NCBI GenBank assembly: GCA_030637655.1
Contig: DAOWGI010000104.1
Location: 1 to 38,368 of the forward strand
Source of the DNA: a candidate division FCPU426 bacterium
Lineage (GTDB): Bacteria > Oederibacteriota > JAAXVQ01 > JAUVAV01
Direction: 5' to 3'
Length of the DNA stretch: 38,368 nt
Shown: positions 36,107-38,368 of the stretch, piece after piece
Layout of the letters: the number at the start of each line of letters is the position of its first letter
How positions within the stretch are numbered: position 1 is the stretch's first letter
The notes under the pieces: model-generated
What the model was told of the DNA's origin: nothing
What the model saw: the letters and a program-made list of their open reading frames with translations, nothing else
The model's database searches: none
Program-made: the position numbers and the translations under genes

Positions 36107-37300
36107 TTATTTTTTCGTTGCCAGTGCTTTTTCCATGCGATCCAAACCTTTTTGCAGATTCTCCATGGAAGTGGCATACGAAACACGCAAAAATTCGTCT
36201 GCTCCGAAGCCATTTCCCGGCACCACGGCAATACGGGCATTGTCTAAAAGATACTCCGCCAGTTGCACCACGGTCGTAATTGTCTTGCCGTTGATATTTT
36301 TTCCCAAAATACCGCTTACATTCGGAAATACATAAAAAGCACCTTGCGGTTTCAAACAGGTAATTCCGGGAATAGAGTTCAATTTATCCACCACAAAATC
36401 ACGGCGTTTTGCAAATGCCTTTAGCATTTCCGGCAGCCTGACTGCAGGCTGAGTAAGCGCTGCCAGCGAAGCTTTCATGGAAATACTGGTCGGATTGGAG
36501 GTGGAATGGCTTTGTAATTTGGCCATGTTGGCTATGACTTCCGCCGGACCGGCAGTGTATCCAATGCGCCAGCCGGTCATAGAAAAGGACTTGGAAACAC
36601 CATTAACCACCAAGGTCCAATCTTTGGCTTCCGGCCATACAGTGGCCGGCGAAACATGTTTTAAACCGTCGTACAGCAGATGCTCATAAATTTCATCTGA
36701 AAGCACCACCACTTTTTTCGAAATCGCAACTTTCATAATTTCTTTCAATTCTGTTTCTGAATAGACTGCCCCGGTCGGATTGCTGGGTGAGTTTAAAATA
36801 AGGACTTTGGTTTTAGGTTTGATCCGGCGGCGCAAATTGGCAGCCGTAATTTTGAATCCGTTTTTATCCGTGGTTTTCATGACCACCGGTTTCCCGCCGG
36901 CAAGTTTTACTGCTTCCGGATAGGTTACCCAGTACGGTGCCGGAATAATGACTTCATCTCCCGGATTCAGAATGGCCTGGAAAATATTATAAATCGAATG
37001 TTTGGCTCCACAATTGATAATAATTTCTTTAACCGAATACTCCAGTCCGTTTTCCTGTTTCAATTTTTCGCATACTGCTTCTTTCAATTCCATGGAACCT
37101 GAGGCTGGTGTGTACTTAGTATATCCGGCTTGAATGGCGGCCACTGCGGCTTCTTTAATATAATCAGGTGTATCGAAATCCGGTTCTCCGGCTCCGAAAT
37201 TTACAATATCAATGCCTGTAGCTTTTAATTGTTTGGCTTTAGAATCGATAGCAAGGGTGGGTGATGGTGATATCCTTTTCATCCTTTTAGCAATCTGCAT
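36107..37300 (-). CDS. aspC: Class I/II PLP aminotransferase (aspartate aminotransferase)
   Basis: GEPDFDTP, NSPSNPTG, SDEIY, SKSFSMTGWRIG, PQGAFY; RBS AAAGGAG before ATG 37300. Confidence 0.9.
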   Translation of the reverse strand: MQIAKRMKRISPSPTLAIDSKAKQLKATGIDIVNFGAGEPDFDTPDYIKEAAVAAIQAGYTKYTPASGSMELKEAVCEKLKQENGLEYSVKEIIINCGAKHSIYNIFQAILNPGDEVIIPAPYWVTYPEAVKLAGGKPVVMKTTDKNGFKITAANLRRRIKPKTKVLILNSPSNPTGAVYSETELKEIMKVAISKKVVVLSDEIYEHLLYDGLKHVSPATVWPEAKDWTLVVNGVSKSFSMTGWRIGYTAGPAEVIANMAKLQSHSTSNPTSISMKASLAALTQPAVRLPEMLKAFAKRRDFVVDKLNSIPGITCLKPQGAFYVFPNVSGILGKNINGKTITTVVQLAEYLLDNARIAVVPGNGFGADEFLRVSYATSMENLQKGLDRMEKALATKK

Positions 37301-37330
37301 AAAAAAATCTCCTTTGAATCCGACTGGCAT

Positions 37331-37426
37331 GTAGGGGCACAGCACTTGTCTCGGCGGCTTGTCTCGGCGAAGCTCCAAAAGAGCGAAGACGGAAGCCGTA
37401 GGCGAAGACGGACGCTGTGTTCCTGC
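37331..37426. repeat. GTAG palindrome containing two nested CTTG-hairpin units
   Basis: GTAGGGGCACAGCA[CTTGTCTCGGCGG[CTTGTCTCGGCGAAGCTCCAAAAGAGCGAAGACGGA]AGCCGTAGGCGAAGACGGA]CGCTGTGTTCCTGC. Confidence 0.85.
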
Positions 37427-37497
37427 ATGAATATTTCGTACAGCGCAGCATACTAGCACAATCAACAGCACAAGTAAAGTATGCAATATTCACCGAA

Positions 37498-37607
37498 GTA
37501 ATATGTCAGTGGAGCGTTTTTTTAGTTTATCATTCCCGATTACTGCATGCGGGTATGACAAAAGAAGGAGTGTTGAGCGTATTGCTGGAACGGTCTGCTG
37601 ACCTTGC
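37498..37607. mobile_element. Degenerate MITE copy
   Basis: Left end GTAATATGTCAGTGGAGCGTTTTTTTAGTTT matches copy 3; collapsed TCATTCCCG…CGGGTATGAC cargo; eroded right end CTGACCTTGC. Confidence 0.6.
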
Positions 37608-37697
37608 TTTTAAAAAAGCTCATTTTGTTCTTGTTGGTTTAAATGTATCGAGCATCTGCTGTTCCTCTTGTAACCGCGCGACATTATGGCCGTGGAT

Positions 37698-37726
37698 GTA
37701 GGGGCGGGTTTGAAACCCGCCCCTAC
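37698..37726. repeat. GTAG palindrome
   Basis: GTAGGGGCGGGTTTGAAACCCGCCCCTAC. Confidence 0.9.
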
Positions 37727-37780
37727 CGTCGTGTATAATACATTTTACATAATACACTAGCCTAAGCTGGAAATAAATCC

Positions 37781-38026
37781 AGCCGCCGATACACGCCGAT
37801 TGAAATTTTCTTTATCCATAACCCGGACAAGCCGAAACCGAAGATCTTTGACAGAATTAACAAGATATACGGGATTTTAAATAAATTCTGTCAATCCTGT
37901 TATCCTGTCAAAAGAGATTTTTTGCGCTCTTTACGGCGAATAATTTTCTTGTCAAAAAAGCAAGAATTTAAGACGTAAGTTAATAAAGCTGTAAATATCT
38001 GCGTTTATCCGCGTTCATCGGCGGTT
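37781..38026. repeat. Three-layer nest of palindromic repeats
   Basis: Outer GCCGCCGAT…ATCGGCGG arms; middle TAACCCGGACAAGCCGAAACCGAAG…AGTTA; inner TTTGACAG…CTGTCAAA periodic IR. Confidence 0.65.
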
Positions 38027-38036
38027 AAGTTTCCTT

Positions 38037-38368
38037 TCATTTCCGCCTGATTATGCCGATTTTTCTGGTCTGTGTAACTGCCCGGCTATTGTCCCGGGGC
38101 TTCACGATTATGCGGCAGATATAGCCTCCACTTCCTAATAGTGTGCCTCTGCCGCTTCTGCCATCCCAGGAAATGGTACTCCGATGTCCAGCTGGAGTTC
38201 CTCGTCCGCCTTCTTCCCCGGCCTTGAACTTGAACCTTTTCACACAATCCCCTAAATAGGTATAAATACCTATCTCCACATCCGCATCCTTGGTCAATAC
38301 ATAGATTATGCTGGTTTTTTCGTAAGGCGGTGAAAAAGGGTTGGGATAATTACTCAGCTGGGTCATCA
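38037..38368 (-). CDS. 3' end of a larger secreted protein with an FlgD-Ig / T9SS-CTD-like C-terminal domain (partial)
   Basis: SNYPNPFSP…IYTYLGDCVK…WDGR…G..LGSGGYI; the reading frame runs to the window edge. Confidence 0.75.
   Translation of the reverse strand, partial: MTQLSNYPNPFSPPYEKTSIIYVLTKDADVEIGIYTYLGDCVKRFKFKAGEEGGRGTPAGHRSTISWDGRSGRGTLLGSGGYICRIIVKPRDNSRAVTQTRKIGIIRRK

Noticed and set aside
35998-36240. 80-aa ORF between aspC and secA
   Set aside because: Alternate frame of aspC running into MITE copy 4
37301-37486. N-terminal extension of AspC with apparent signal peptide
   Set aside because: Translates nested repeats; a strong RBS sits before ATG 37300
37610-37697. Possible gene remnant between repeats
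   Set aside because: Under 30 codons with no recognisable motif or RBS

Overview
Chromosomal window of a diderm bacterium (lineage not determinable from sequence alone); every credible gene is on the minus strand. Right to left it contains: the 3' end of a secreted protein with an NYPNPF C-terminal Ig-like domain; aspartate aminotransferase; secA; alpha-2-macroglobulin and pbpC; two hypothetical proteins; a CPBP protease; an AT-rich two-lipoprotein islet; tRNA-Phe and tRNA-Thr leading rpsP-khpA-rimM-trmD-rplS-rnhB-yraN; HU; an AAA ATPase; an RNase H-like exonuclease; a degenerate trehalose-phosphatase homologue; a CPA2 antiporter; a tightly coupled TPR / short-plug TonB-dependent barrel / ExbB / ExbD / TonB / helicase-nuclease cluster; and an MNT-HEPN pair. 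Two signals stand out. (1) The intergenic DNA holds a layered set of tiny non-autonomous elements: GTAA-ended MITEs with 8-bp target duplications (IS66-like) carrying different palindromic cargo, GTAG palindromes, and 21-42 nt hairpin units that appear inserted without duplication into other repeats, including the exact centre of GTAG palindromes and into themselves. (2) A Ton motor operon ends in an Fe-S helicase-nuclease. No CRISPR, integrase or transposase gene is visible. All calls are by eye; no database search was run.
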